The notes beneath the pieces were generated by a model that was not told the DNA's origin, ran no database searches, and worked only from the letters and a program-made list of their open reading frames with translations. This document shows, one piece after another, positions 14,013 through 27,624 of a stretch of 64,000 bases of DNA. A program made the position numbers and the translations under genes. Every line of letters begins with the position of its first letter. Positions within the stretch are counted from its first letter, which is position 1. The DNA is from the human T2T-CHM13v2.0 reference genome, Homo sapiens: assembly GCF_009914755.1 (NCBI RefSeq), contig NC_060930.1; one strand, given 5' to 3'.

Positions 14013-17000
14013 GATTTCGTATAACATTTAGTAACAATTGTATGATGTTAGGCCAAGTTATTTATCAACTCTAACCTGTTGGTGTACTCATCTTTAGAAT
14101 GGGTCTAAAAATAACTCATAAAAATCTTGTAAGGAATAAATACAATTAATGTACCTGAATTGGACTGAAACCGTGGATGCACAGTAAGTGCAAGCGGATT
14201 TCATGTGTAGCTATAGTGATTTACTTATTTTTGTAATTTACTTTGCATTGCATTGTAAAGATTATTCAGTTAATTCTTCATTGTTTCCTATATTCTTCAT
14301 TTGAATGCTACAGAGTAGAAGATACCCTATTTTTTTGTATGAAAGCTAGCTTTTTTTGTTTTTTGCTTTTTTCCTTTTGGTGGTGGTTGTCATTGTTGAT
14401 GTTAACAGGAGAAGCCAATTAACTAATCCTCTAATGTGGTCATGACCCATAATCAGTGAAAATTATCTCATAAGATCTGGCACTATCTGTCTAAAGCCTG
14501 AGCCCTGCTTCCCCTGCAGGAGAAGAACAACTTTTTTTTTTTTTCTACTTGTGTTCTTGTCTAAAGGGTTATTAGGAATTTCCTTGCAGAAATCCTTATT
14601 GAGGATTATTATGGGAAAAAAATGATAAAAGAAAAGTTAGAAATGGCAAAAGACTTAATGGTGATGGAAAGAGAGGCATGAAATCCAAGGCCTTCATCTT
14701 ATCCCTGGATCCAGATAATTCTTAGATATTCCACTGGACCCAGTGTACTGAGAGAAAGACCTTGAGCAAGGACACTTGCAGGGTGCCCAAGAGCCGAGCT
14801 TCATCAGGACCTGGATAGCTGAGTATTCGGGGGAAATGTCACACCCACTTGCTGATTGCCCCTTCCCTCTGGCTGTTGAGTGAGACCTGCCTCTAACTAG
14901 ATGTCCCATCCCTCTTTCCAGATCTTTCAAAGATCCCTTACCCAGGGACCTGCTGGATGCCTAGTGAGGTGATAGTGCTGGGCTCACGTATGTATACTTT
15001 GGGGTTCAACTGAGCACACTAAAGCTCCTAAGCTGGAAAAGAGGGAAGTGGACACTTCCGTTACATAACCAAGAAATAGAAACTATTATAAGACAGTAAT
15101 TTTTATTTGTTTGTTTGTTTTTTTCAACTGGCAAAATTTTAAAGAGGACTGGTAAAATATTAAAGAGAATTTCATGACAGGCAAGCTAAAATCCAAATAC
15201 CACTCAGCATTTTCTTGAATATTGCACTCTTTGAGTGGGTACTAGTTAGTATTTCGCTAGTCGGTAAATGCCAAAATAAAATGGCTGGCTGATTTTTCAC
15301 ACAGGATTGCATAAAAGCTCAAGAATAGTTCATAGAGATACACAAAGGGTAAATTAGGACATTTGAGCCTGCAATATAAGAAATCAGAGTCAGCATATCC
15401 CAAACCAGAGTCAGTCTATAGAGTCACATGTTGTTGCTAAAAGAGGTGTTATTCTATCATATCCTTCAGCCCTGGCCTTCAAATGTTTTTAAGGTGATAG
15501 GGAAACTCAGAACAAGTCAAAGATAAACAGGCCCAAAGCCAGTAGCTTAACACATATATCTCACACATAACATTTCTGATGGAAATAAGCCCTTAAAATA
15601 TACATCCAGACATGGTGGAAGTCAGAGTCCATATTTAAGAAATGAGTATGAACTAATTTCTGCTACTTTAAAACAAGATGTTCTAAACCTAGAGACAGAT
15701 AACTAAAGATAAACTCTGAAAACAAACACTATATTGAAAGATAGAAAAGTAAGGTTATAAAGTGATTTGTACTGAATCATTGTATGGGATGCAGAGACAA
15801 AGACTGGGCCTGTTGGAAACAAACACATCAATGGATTCTGCTTAATCAGACAGCTAAAGTGCCCTTCATGTGCATCCTATTTCAGTTTGTTTTCCAAAAG
15901 TAGGTGATATATTTCTAGTTATAGGATTCACTGGGGGTAACAAGATACATGATATGCTTTCTAAAAAGTAATTAAACTTTTACTCATCCATTCAAAAGAG
16001 GATAATTTGATACCATTAAAAATTCATTTTTACTCATCTCATCTCAGTTTTAGTCTTCTTTTGGTATCAATGTTATTTTAAACAATTTTTAACATCAGGA
16101 TTTTTAGGGTGAAAAGAAGCCTGTTGACATATGAGATTAGAGAATAAAAATTCTCTGTAAGAGTAGTTTTAATGCAAGGCATACCAAAATTCAAAGATAT
16201 AATGGAATAGAAGTTATAGCTTACAATTATAAGTTATATCATAAAACTTCCAGAGACTTGTTTCATAAATAATCCACTATCAATCATGAACTCAAGAGAT
16301 TTCTGGCAGCTCCACTATAGACTATTTGGAGGTAAAGAGACGCCAACTAAACCAACAGGGTATTGACACTCAGTCAGCTCAGGACAGAAGTTTTCAAACC
16401 TGGCTATGCATTCAAGTCACATGAGGTACTTTTATAAAAACATCTATTACCAGGATCCATCTCAGAGATACTTATAGAGAGGCTTGGGAGTTAGGCCTAT
16501 AATTCTGTAGGTTCTTTGATTTTTGGTCTGTTTAGAAATTAACTAGATTGTGTAAGCAGCAGATTCCAGAACCACCACCTTGGACCACCAGTCCAAGGTC
16601 TCCATATGCATGTAAGAGAAGCTTAATATATAGAGCCCAATATCTTTTTTAAATATCAGTAAAAAATATGGAGATGAGAAAAAATGGGCTTCCTCAGTCT
16701 GACATATCTACAAATTAAGGTGAGTTCTTATCTTTGTCCAAAAAATAGTGTCAAGACTACAAATAATTCCTAGAGTGAGAAATTATTTGTTATGAGAGAC
16801 AATGTATATCCATGTGTTTAATGCACAGTACCTTCTAACTGGTCAAAACTAAATCTACTTCTGAGCCACGACAAATATTTAATATAGTCCTATGCATAAG
16901 AATGTACTTTTGTAGAAAAAAAATTATTAACTAGGGTTTTGACTATTTCTGCTGTGCTATAATCAGATTATACATAAATAAAATCTACCCTAGTAGTATT

Positions 17001-18221
17001 ACAACTTAGCTAAAGACCAGGGGAAAGAATAGATGGCTGACATTCTGGAACCTTATTTTCTTAGACTGCAAATCAAAATCAATTTAACTCATTTGAGTGA
17101 ATCTGGATTTGTGGTTCCAGGTAATCATATCATAATACTACAGTATTTGTTTCACCCATCAGGCTTGGGCCTGTGGTCCAACAGCTACTGAAGCGTATGA
17201 ATCAGACGCTCAACTGTCAGTCAAAGGAAGCCTCACTGGCACATCAGACAGAATGACCATCCAAGCACTTTGTAAAAATCACCACAGGGTATCGACAGGA
17301 GAAGTGGGTGTCTAAAAGACAAAAGGTATTGGGAGACAAGTCCATTCAATGGACTTCACATTACAGCTTCCATCACTAATGGCCATGAGAAATGGCAGAA
17401 TAACCTTTTCCTAAAGGTGAAAATCAGCATTATTTTGTGTCCATCGAAAGAAAAAAAGATGAGGAAAACCACAGGAATAATGGAACCAGCTTTTGTTTAT
17501 TTATCACACCTAAAGACTCCAACTGTTGAACTGCAGTGCCCTCTTCCTAGCCATACAAACGGAGCACCATTTCAAAAAATAGAGAAAATCGATTTTGCTG
17601 AAGCTCTTAACAAAACCCAGCTAAGAATTTAAAAGGAAAGAAAAAAAAGCACATTTCCTAAGTTGGATAATTGTGTTGCATTTATCTTATTTAATATTTT
17701 ACGGGCAATTCAATGAGAAATTAAAATATGAACTGGCTCTTAAATAATGAGTAAAGGGAAAAAAAGTCTATCCGTCCTATAATTTAGATCTCATTAGTGG
17801 GAAAGCAAGAGAAACATTAAAATCAACCTCTAGTAAGCTCCAGGCTTCAGTAGCACATACAGCTCCTTCTGCTGAAAATTTGTCCTCTAGCATCCAGTGT
17901 TAAGTTATTAATGCCAAACTTCTACCCCAAAAGGGTGCTTATAACAGGCTCCAGTTAAGGCTGAATAACTACTCAAAGACAAATTCCAATTTAGAAAGTG
18001 ATACTAATTAGCTTCTTTATTAAACCATAGTTTTATTATAGTTTTTTATGAGTCATACACTATGTATATAGAGCACAAGTTAATTTCTGTAAGTCCAGTT
18101 CATTTCTTACATTTTGTGGATGTACTGTGTAGTTTAGAGCCATATGAAAGCAAATAATTTTTGACAAAATGCTCTTTTATTTTCCATATTATGAAATGCC
18201 ATATCATTAATTATAAAGGCC

Positions 18222-18606
18222 TATTATGTTGACTTGTGTCCCCCTCCCCAAACTCCTATGTTAAAGTCCTAACGCTTAGGAACTCAGAATGTGACTGTAT
18301 TTGGAGACAGGGTCTCTACAGAGGTGATCAAGTTAAACTGAGGTCATCAGAGTAAGCACTGACCCAAAATGACTAGTGTCCTTATAAGAGGGGGGTTTCA
18401 ACACAGACACAGAGGGAAGACAATGTGAAGATACAGGGAGAAGATGGCTTCAAACAGATGCTGCCACTCAGCCCTCAGAAGGAGTCAACCCTGTGGACAC
18501 CTTGATCTCAGACTTTCAGCCTCCAGAACTGTGAAATAATAAGCTTCTATTGTTTAAGCCACACTGTCTGTGGCACTTTGTTAAAGCAGCCTTAGCAACC
18601 CAATAA
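18222..18606 (+). mobile_element. MaLR solo LTR, MLT1B-like
   Basis: tcagaatgtgactgtatttggagacagggtc...tcagcctccagaactgtga...ttgtttaagcca...gcagcc motifs. Confidence 0.8.
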
Positions 18607-20524
18607 AAGTCTAAACATTCAGGCTTAAAATAGAGTCATTCAATCATCCAGACTCTTTTCAAATATCCATACACCAGACGTCCTTAAAGCATTGTAATAG
18701 ATCTTTTTTCACCATTCATCCTGATGTTTGGAATTCTTGCAAATACAACTAGCATTTGATGGTAGTTCCCAAATGCTCTCTTTACACAATACTACCCTTC
18801 TTCCTTCCTTCACTGATGTCCTTCCATCTATCACCTGCGCACCTCCCACATGAGGGAAAAGATCACCAGACTCCGACTAAAATGACTGAAATACGTGGGC
18901 CCCTTCTTGATCTAATGATTTGGTACTGAAGTTCTGGGGTGTCTAGGTTTAATAAATGTGGTATAGTCCTGGGTCCTCTTACATGACTCTCAGAGAATGA
19001 ACCTCAATGAAGAATCCCATGATGTAAGAGCACAGTCTCTCAGACTCACAACTTCTTAAGACTGAGTCCAAGAGAGTTTGGCCTTCTTGTTTTTGAGCAT
19101 ATATAGCCCTGAAATTTGATCTATATGCCGTGTCAATAGATTATAATTGTAAATAAGGCAACTAGCAAACTTTGCTTCCTTAAAGTCAATCATGAGGCAG
19201 CACAAAGATTGAGGCAAATAACCAGGCTACGACTTGGTTACCTTGATACAGATTTAAACAAAATGTGCCTTGAAAATAGACTATTGGTTTGTTAATGTTG
19301 TTTCCAATGCTGAGCATTCTTTGAAAAGTTAAAATGCCATATTTAATTTTTTTTTTACTTAGTGAACTTGAAAAGACTTGTTTAAAATCAATCCCTTGCA
19401 TACTGAATTAGGAAGCACAAAAGACCAAGGAATAAAAAATTAAATACGTGACTTTTCTTGTATTTGTTTTAAAGAATCTGTGGATTCAACAAATATGAAA
19501 TGATGCCTGCTTTTTGCCAGTAATTCAACAACCAATAGTGAGCAACAGTAAGCAAGACAAAGTATGCCTTCATTTGAGCCTGCATTCTTTGATGAAGACA
19601 GGCAACAAACAAATACATTTACCAAATGTATACATTAGATAGAATTAATTTGTAATGTGCTTTTAAGGACATAAACATGGAATTAAAATAGAGAACTACA
19701 GGGGAACGAGATTTTAGATAAGACAGGAAGGTGCTCTCTGAAAAGGTGACATTAAAACAGATCTGACATCAGAAGAGGCAGATACCCAAAGTCCTTTTTA
19801 AAGCGAGAGTCAGGTATACTTTAGGAACTGTGAGAAACCTAGGGACATGGAGTGTGGTGAACAAGGAAGAATATGGAATGAGATAAATATAAAATGACCA
19901 GGCAATGCCTTATTGATATGCTAGGGAATTTATATACTAATATAAAAGCAATGAAAAACCAATGAAAGGTTTTTAGGTAGAAGAGTGACATGGACTTAGA
20001 GCTTTTAAATGGTGACTCTGGCAGTGATATGCAAATTTGATTGGGTAGCAGGTGTAGCAGAGACTAGAGAGGAAAAGGGAAGACCTTTCGGATGGTGATG
20101 GCTCAGAATACAGTTAGTGGTACAGATAGAGAGAAGTGGATAAGTTCAAGATGTACTTTAGCAGTAGAACCAACAGAACTTGCACATTAATTGGATGCAA
20201 TAGTTGAGGAAAAGAGAAGATTTAAACATGACCCCAAGGTTACTAAAGCAGTATGATAATCTAAATTTTCTTAATCAGGTCTACTCTCAATAAAACTAAT
20301 ATCTACAAGTTTCTTTACTATATATTTTTACAAGACTCAGAGTTCATCAACATTTTATTTATTAGGCATCATGTTAATGGCCTGCATATGGCCCAAAACT
20401 TGATAATATCAAGCTATTCAATTCCTTTTGTTTTCCCTCAAATCTTTATTTTTATTATGGAAATGTTAATAAAGTAGGGTTTGACTGAAGTAAAAACTTT
20501 ATACACTGGATATGTAGCCCATCA

Positions 20525-20606
20525 AATTTAAGGGTTAAATTTAACTGATAATTTATGAGTTACATTTAATTCATGTTATAATTTATGGTTTAAATTTAAC
20601 TCATAT
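20525..20606. repeat. Three degenerate tandem copies of a palindromic unit (consensus TATGAGTTAAATTTAACTCATA)
   Basis: Seen directly; perfect 12-bp palindrome gttaaatttaac at 20534-20545. Confidence 0.8.
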
Positions 20607-22369
20607 AGAAATATCCACTGTAGACAAAGTAGTACACAATGAAACAGATTTATTTATGTAATCAAGTCACTAAATAGATTTTTTAAGTTATTCTTTGGAC
20701 TTGTGGGTCTTTATTTCAGCTCCAAAACAAAAATGAATTTAGAAAACAAGACAGTTGGAAAATGAAAATATCATGATTTTCTTCCTTTTTTAATGTTAAT
20801 GTCTTCTTCACTGCCAACTATTTAATTTGTTGAAATACAAGGAATTCCTGGGATAAAAAGGGATTCCATTAAATACTTTGAGCAACAACATTATAATTTT
20901 CTGAAAAAAAAAATAGTTTTGGATAGGTGTATGATTATTATTCATCTAGACCACTGCATCTCCCATATTAATGTGGAGATGAGTCATCTGGAGATCATGC
21001 TAAGATGTAGATAGTGACGTAGGACATGTGAGCTGGAGCCTGAGAGTCTGCATGTTCACGAGCTCCCATGTAACACCCATGCTGCTGGCCCTTGGACCAC
21101 AGTTCGAGTATCAACAAATACTCTAATAATTTAATCTAAATACTATTATCATATTATTATACATTGCAATGGTGCAGTACAGTTCATAATGTTCAGCTAT
21201 ACTGGGATGTTAACTAAGTAAGATCCTCCTGCTAAAGCAAACAGAAAGACAAGCATTGTATCTCTGTTGTTAATGCTAATATTAACCAGGCTCATTATTG
21301 TAAAAAATTCTACTAACTATAGATGATTTTAAAATCTCTTTTGCCTTTTTTTCGTGAATTCCCAGTGAGCAAGCTGCAGGAAACCAAATGGTTGTGTTTA
21401 CAGAATCACCTTCCTTGGTTCTAAATCATTCCCCTTTTCTACTATTTACAGTGCTCATTGACCTCCTGATAGAAGCCTAAAATTGTGCTATATTTTGAAA
21501 AGCTGCATAAGTTTTTTTTATATATGGATGCTGAAAATTTAGGAAAATACACATAAGACTTAAAATTTATGGGGCATCAAATAATTTAAATGGTTGAAAA
21601 CTGACACAATTAGCAGTGCTGCAGTCAGGGATATCAAAAATTAGATAAGGTTCTAGAAAGACAAAGAAACACTTCCTCTTCCCTATGAGATGTGAGTAAT
21701 TAGGATGGCAGGAACAGAGGATAAATATTATATTTTTAATTAAAAATATTATAATATTGATGCTTCCCAAATCCCTGGGAAGTTTTGCTTCTTTCATTCA
21801 TCCTGAAGTCAGAGTACAAAGAGTATACTTCATGACATGAGAGAGAAGTCATGATAGCTACTACCTACCAAGGATGTGAAAATCAGAAAGGCCTCTGTCC
21901 TCCTTAAATTACCCAAGGATCCTGAGGATCCATAGATATGGGAAAACAGATACTTGTCAGTAATACTTGATCTATTTACTTTATTACTAAGTAGGAAAGA
22001 TTGTAAATTAGCAATTAGACATGTAGCATAATACATTTAACAAGGAGAATTAAGTACCAATCCCACCCAAACTGAAACTGTCATATTTAAGTTGGTATAT
22101 CTCAAACAACTCTAATCGTCATGAGTGCATTTGGTTACACATGTTCCTGTTTGCAGTTAATTCATCCTGGCAAGACCTTCAGAATACAGTTTTATTTAAG
22201 ATCATCTCTTCTAATGAGCATACCTAGCTTCTATTGAGTGAAGTGCTTAATTGGTAAAAATTGATCTTAAATTTTTATCAACTAAAATTGTCTCTTCCAC
22301 ATTTCATAGCCCAGGACATTCACATTTCCATCTTATGTTATGCAAATGTTTCAATATTTTCAAAAGTGT

Positions 22370-22968
<599 letters not shown>

Positions 22969-23215
22969 TAAGGACATTTATTCTGCATTCATGACTGTGC
23001 TTAATTGTGTGGAAACCTCATCTAAGCTTGGCGTTCTCATCTAACGAGAAGAGTCTGGATCTCAAATTTTCTGATATCTAATTAATTTTTCCCTTAAACA
23101 ATGTAAATTATCCATAGACTCTTATTAAGAGCATTCACTCCAGCAGCCAGAGACCCAGCACCTAATGAGTCCCACCTGGCACAACTGTTGTTTCACTGAC
23201 AATTTAACACACAGT

Positions 23216-23535
23216 TTCTTTTTTCTTTTTTTGAGATGGAGTGTTGCTCTGTCACCCAGGGGTGCAGTGCAGTGGCGCGATCTTGGCTCACTGCAACCTC
23301 CACCTCCTGAATTTAAACAATTCTCCTGCCTCAGCCTCCGGAGTAGCTGGGATTACAGGCACGTGCCACCACGCTTGGCTAATTTTTTTTTTTAATTTTT
23401 TATTTTTTGTATTTTTAGTAGAGATGGGTTTTCACCATGTTGGCCAGGCTGGTCTCGAATTCCTGACCTTGTGTTCTGCCCACCTCGGCCTCCCAAAGTG
23501 CTGGGATTACAGGCGTGAACCACTGCACTTGGCCA
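23216..23535 (-). mobile_element. AluS (Sc-like)
   Basis: Antisense dimeric Alu with expanded middle T-tract. Confidence 0.93.
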
Positions 23536-24723
23536 CATACACTTTCTTTCATTCTCTATTGAAAATTCCATCACTAGGTGATTGCATGTATCCTACTGAT
23601 CACCCTATTACCCTACACACATTTATTCTTACCATGCTTCCGTCCCCTTCATAAACTGTGTCCCTCACATGCCTTTTAAGTGTGAGTGTTCCTTAGAGTT
23701 CCAAACTCTGGTCTCCCTTCAATTTATACACTCCTAGATATCTCACTGACATACATCGCTTTTACTGTCATCTATATGCTGGTAAACTCCAAATCCATTA
23801 TCTCTAGCTCAGACTTCAACCCTCTATTGGAATTCTCTCCTGCCTATCCCATTAGAGTCAAATGAACTCATCTTCATTCTCTCCTCCTCTTTGCTCCCCA
23901 CCTACAAACGTGCACGATTCTTCTCTGTGGTTCCCAGTCTCCAGGAATTGTGCCACAGCCACCCAGTCATGTAAGCCAGGAAACATCGCTTGTCTTCTCC
24001 CTATCCCTTCCCCCAGAGTCATTAGCCCACCATAAAAGTCAATTCCCTAAAGACTTGTAGAATGTTATTTCTTTCCTTCAGATCCACAACACTTAAGAAG
24101 TGAATTATATCAACAGCCTCCAAAATGACCTCCCAGTCTGTCTCCCTTACACACTGTCACTAGAGTGATCGTTTTAAAGCATAAAGCATGTGAAACCCAC
24201 TCCGTATCCTGAAATACTGAGCTGAATATCCATCGCTTTTATATAAAGTTCAATCTTTTGGCCTGACTCTTTGGAATCTGACCCCTACGTGTGTCACTAA
24301 TCCCATGTCCCCATATGAACCTCAATTTAGGGCAGATATTTGTAATTTTCCTAAAGAGCCATGCACTCTCCTTTCCCTTCCCCTTATTCTGCTATCATTC
24401 CTCTTGGAACACATCTTCCATTGCATTCCCCTGCTCATCTATTCAACCAAGCCTACATGATCTTCCTTGATCTCCAATAGGCTCACTTTGCTCTTTGCTT
24501 CTTTGTGTTCCCATGGCATCTTATACATACCTTTGTAAAGATATGTGCAAACAATAACACATCTTTATTTCAGGCTCTGGCCTCTCTTGCTCTGAATTAT
24601 GAGTTTTCTTAAGCATTTCATCGTCTGTATTGTGACTTCCTAGAGAACAAGGATGCTATCTTATTCCTTACAGTACCCACGGCACTTAACATTGCATCCA
24701 GCATATAGTTATAAGCAAATACA

Positions 24724-24818
24724 AAGGAAGGAAGGCAGGAAGGAAGGAAGGGAAAGGGAAAGGGGAAGGGGAAGGGGAAGGGGAAGTGAAAGGGGAAGAG
24801 GAAGGGAAGAAGGAAGGA
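24724..24818 (+). repeat. Polypurine (GGAA)n/(GGGGAA)n tract
   Basis: Seen directly. Confidence 0.93.
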
Positions 24819-25629
24819 CTTTACTAACTCAAGATATTCTAGAGGGTTCATTCAGCTATCATCAATTGAAAAGCACTTCTTTGACTTTCACAAAACTGTG
24901 TTGAAGACATTGTCAACTGTCTTATCCCAAGGATGTATGTGTTAAATTATTTGTTGAATTTAGCTCAAAATAACAATTTTCTCTGCAGACAAATGTGAAA
25001 GCTGTTTTTAGTCAGAATATAAAACTATGTAACTCAACATGTTTCCTTTCTTGCTTTAACTGCCAGAAAAAAGACAAATTTAGTGTTCAATAGTAGTAAT
25101 TAGACCGCCTCAAATCCCTGGTAATTTCTATTCTATGTGTTCTCATAGATGGTCTATTTCTATGCTAAATTCTTTTACTACACATTATTTCTTCTTTAAA
25201 GTCTTCTGTTAAAAATGATTATATACTTGTAAATAGGTGGTGGATGGTGGCAAAACCTAATTCTCCAAAACACTTTTTCTTCGACCTTAAGTCTCTTGCA
25301 TTATGACAGCCACATAAAAGGTAGAGACCAGCCTCTATTTGAACCAGAGAGATTCATAGCAACCTAACAGAATCCCGAGTCCTTGGTCAGTCTAGTTCTG
25401 CAGCTGTGTTTGTCAATCCAAAGGTCTCACTTAAAATGTACTGAATATTACAGCCACCCATACAATTCATCTGCAATAAAGTTTCATTCATGCTTGGAGT
25501 ATACTCACATTTTTATTAATTATAACCCATGGACCATAACCATAAGTTCCATTTCATGCCACGTAGTATTTTAAATGTTAGCTGTTAACGCAGGTGGACA
25601 AGTTGAGTAGTAATGACAAATGTGATTCT

Positions 25630-25810
25630 AGAGCAGTGTTTCACAGCCCTGGCTACATGCTAGAATCTCTTGGAGGTCTCCTTCAAAATATCTCTGCTGA
25701 ATCCTCAATTAAGTTCAGAATATCTGAGGCAGTGGGGTGGCACCCAGAATCATTTTGTCTAGGCACTCCCAAATGATTCTAATGTACATTAAGGTTTAGG
25801 AATCACTGAT
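25630..25810. mobile_element. MER5-like hAT MITE
   Basis: agcagtgtttc...ctagaatc...aaatgattctaatgtaca...aatcactg pattern; a similar remnant lies at about 16385-16580. Confidence 0.55.
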
Positions 25811-26239
25811 TCAGAGCCTGGGAGAGAGATCACAGTTGCAGAGAAAGATGTGTCATCTTCCCCTTGTTGGGGGATTGCCTATCAGAATTTTAAAAGTGAA
25901 AAAAAATTCTACCTTTAAATATCAAGCTTTGTATTTATTTACCTCATTGAAATGAAACTGGTCATAAAAATCTGAATGAAAAAGGGAAGTTAGAGGTGAT
26001 TATTCATTTTCAGAGGATTTTCTTTCTTGATAAAGGATTCATTTAAGCATTTCTTCAAGTACCAAGTAGTGATTTAATTGATTTGTAGACTTATCTCAGT
26101 TATTAATTATGCTTGTGACCTTTGCAAAGTCATCTGAACCTCTCGTGGCCTCTCTTTTCTAATGTGTACACTGAGAGAACTGGATTCAATAAGCAGTTTC
26201 CCAGCTTTCACAGTAATTCTCATAGATTTCGAGATGTGA

Positions 26240-26490
26240 CATGGAGGTAGGAAGGTGGCTCAGAGCTGGAGCCCTGGAGCCAGGCTGCCTACATTTGAAT
26301 CCTGGCTCCACTAAGTATGTCACCTTGGACAGGTATTTTACCTCTCAGTGTTTCAGCTTCATCAACTATAAAATGGGATTAATGCATATCTCACAGCATT
26401 GTGAGAATAAATGAAATCATATAGGTAAAAGCATTTAGAATGGTTCTGAGCGCTTAGCAAGCAGTATTAAAGCATTAGTTACTAACCTAT
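26240..26490 (+). mobile_element. MIR
   Basis: MIR core ttgaatcctggctccact...accttggaca...acctctc...tcagcttcatcaactataaaatggga. Confidence 0.75.
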
Positions 26491-26729
26491 TATGAATATT
26501 ATACCCTAAAAAAGTCAGGGACTTAAGAATACTAATGTGTTGGTAAGCCTATATGATGGGGGCAAATTGTGTAACACGTCAAAAATATGTTTGACCAGTT
26601 AGCTTTTGGTTGTGTGAAGACAGCTCTCTATGGGAACATTCTTTGGGGAAACCTGGACCACATGACTGGTATGCCCCTTTAAACTCTAGCATCATTTAAT
26701 TCATTTCTGTGTCTTCGAGAGACCAGAAA

Positions 26730-26935
26730 ACTATAGCTCATGGGCCAAATTCAGTCTTCCACCTATTTTTGTAAATAAAGTTTTATTGGCACACAGCCAC
26801 ACTCATTTGTTTACATATTGTCACAGCTACTTTCCCACTGCAAAGAGTTGAGTAGTTGCAACAGAAATCATTTAGCCTAGAAAGCCTAAAATATATACTG
26901 CCCAACTCTTTATAGAAAATGTTTGCTGATCCCTG
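26730..26935 (+). mobile_element. hAT-Charlie MITE, MER58A-like
   Basis: gggccaaattc...tttttgtaaataaagttttattgg..cacagccac...gaaaatgtttgctgatccctg. Confidence 0.75.
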
Positions 26936-27327
26936 CCTTAGATGTATAATGTGTCGGGAAACCCATAGCTCTACCCCATAGTAAGTTAATCATCATGGCA
27001 AATTTTAAGTTATGAATGGGCATTTCTATTCCATCTATCCAGTTGCCTGTAGGGAGAAAAGAAACGTTCATCAAATACAGGGTACAAAGAGCAAGTATCT
27101 ATGGGGGTGGAGGCTCTCGATGATAAGGATAAACATCTGCTGGAAAGGATAAAAGATGAGGATCACAGATAGAAGAGCTGCTGATGGGAAGGAACGGAAA
27201 GCAATTAGGAAAACAGAAGGCAACTTGAAGGCTTTGGCCCTGGTTAAAGATGCTTTTGTATGATGAGCACTTTCTCCTCTCATTTCCCCAATAGTCTATA
27301 TACCTTCTCAAAAATATTGATGTCCTT

Positions 27328-27624
<297 letters not shown>

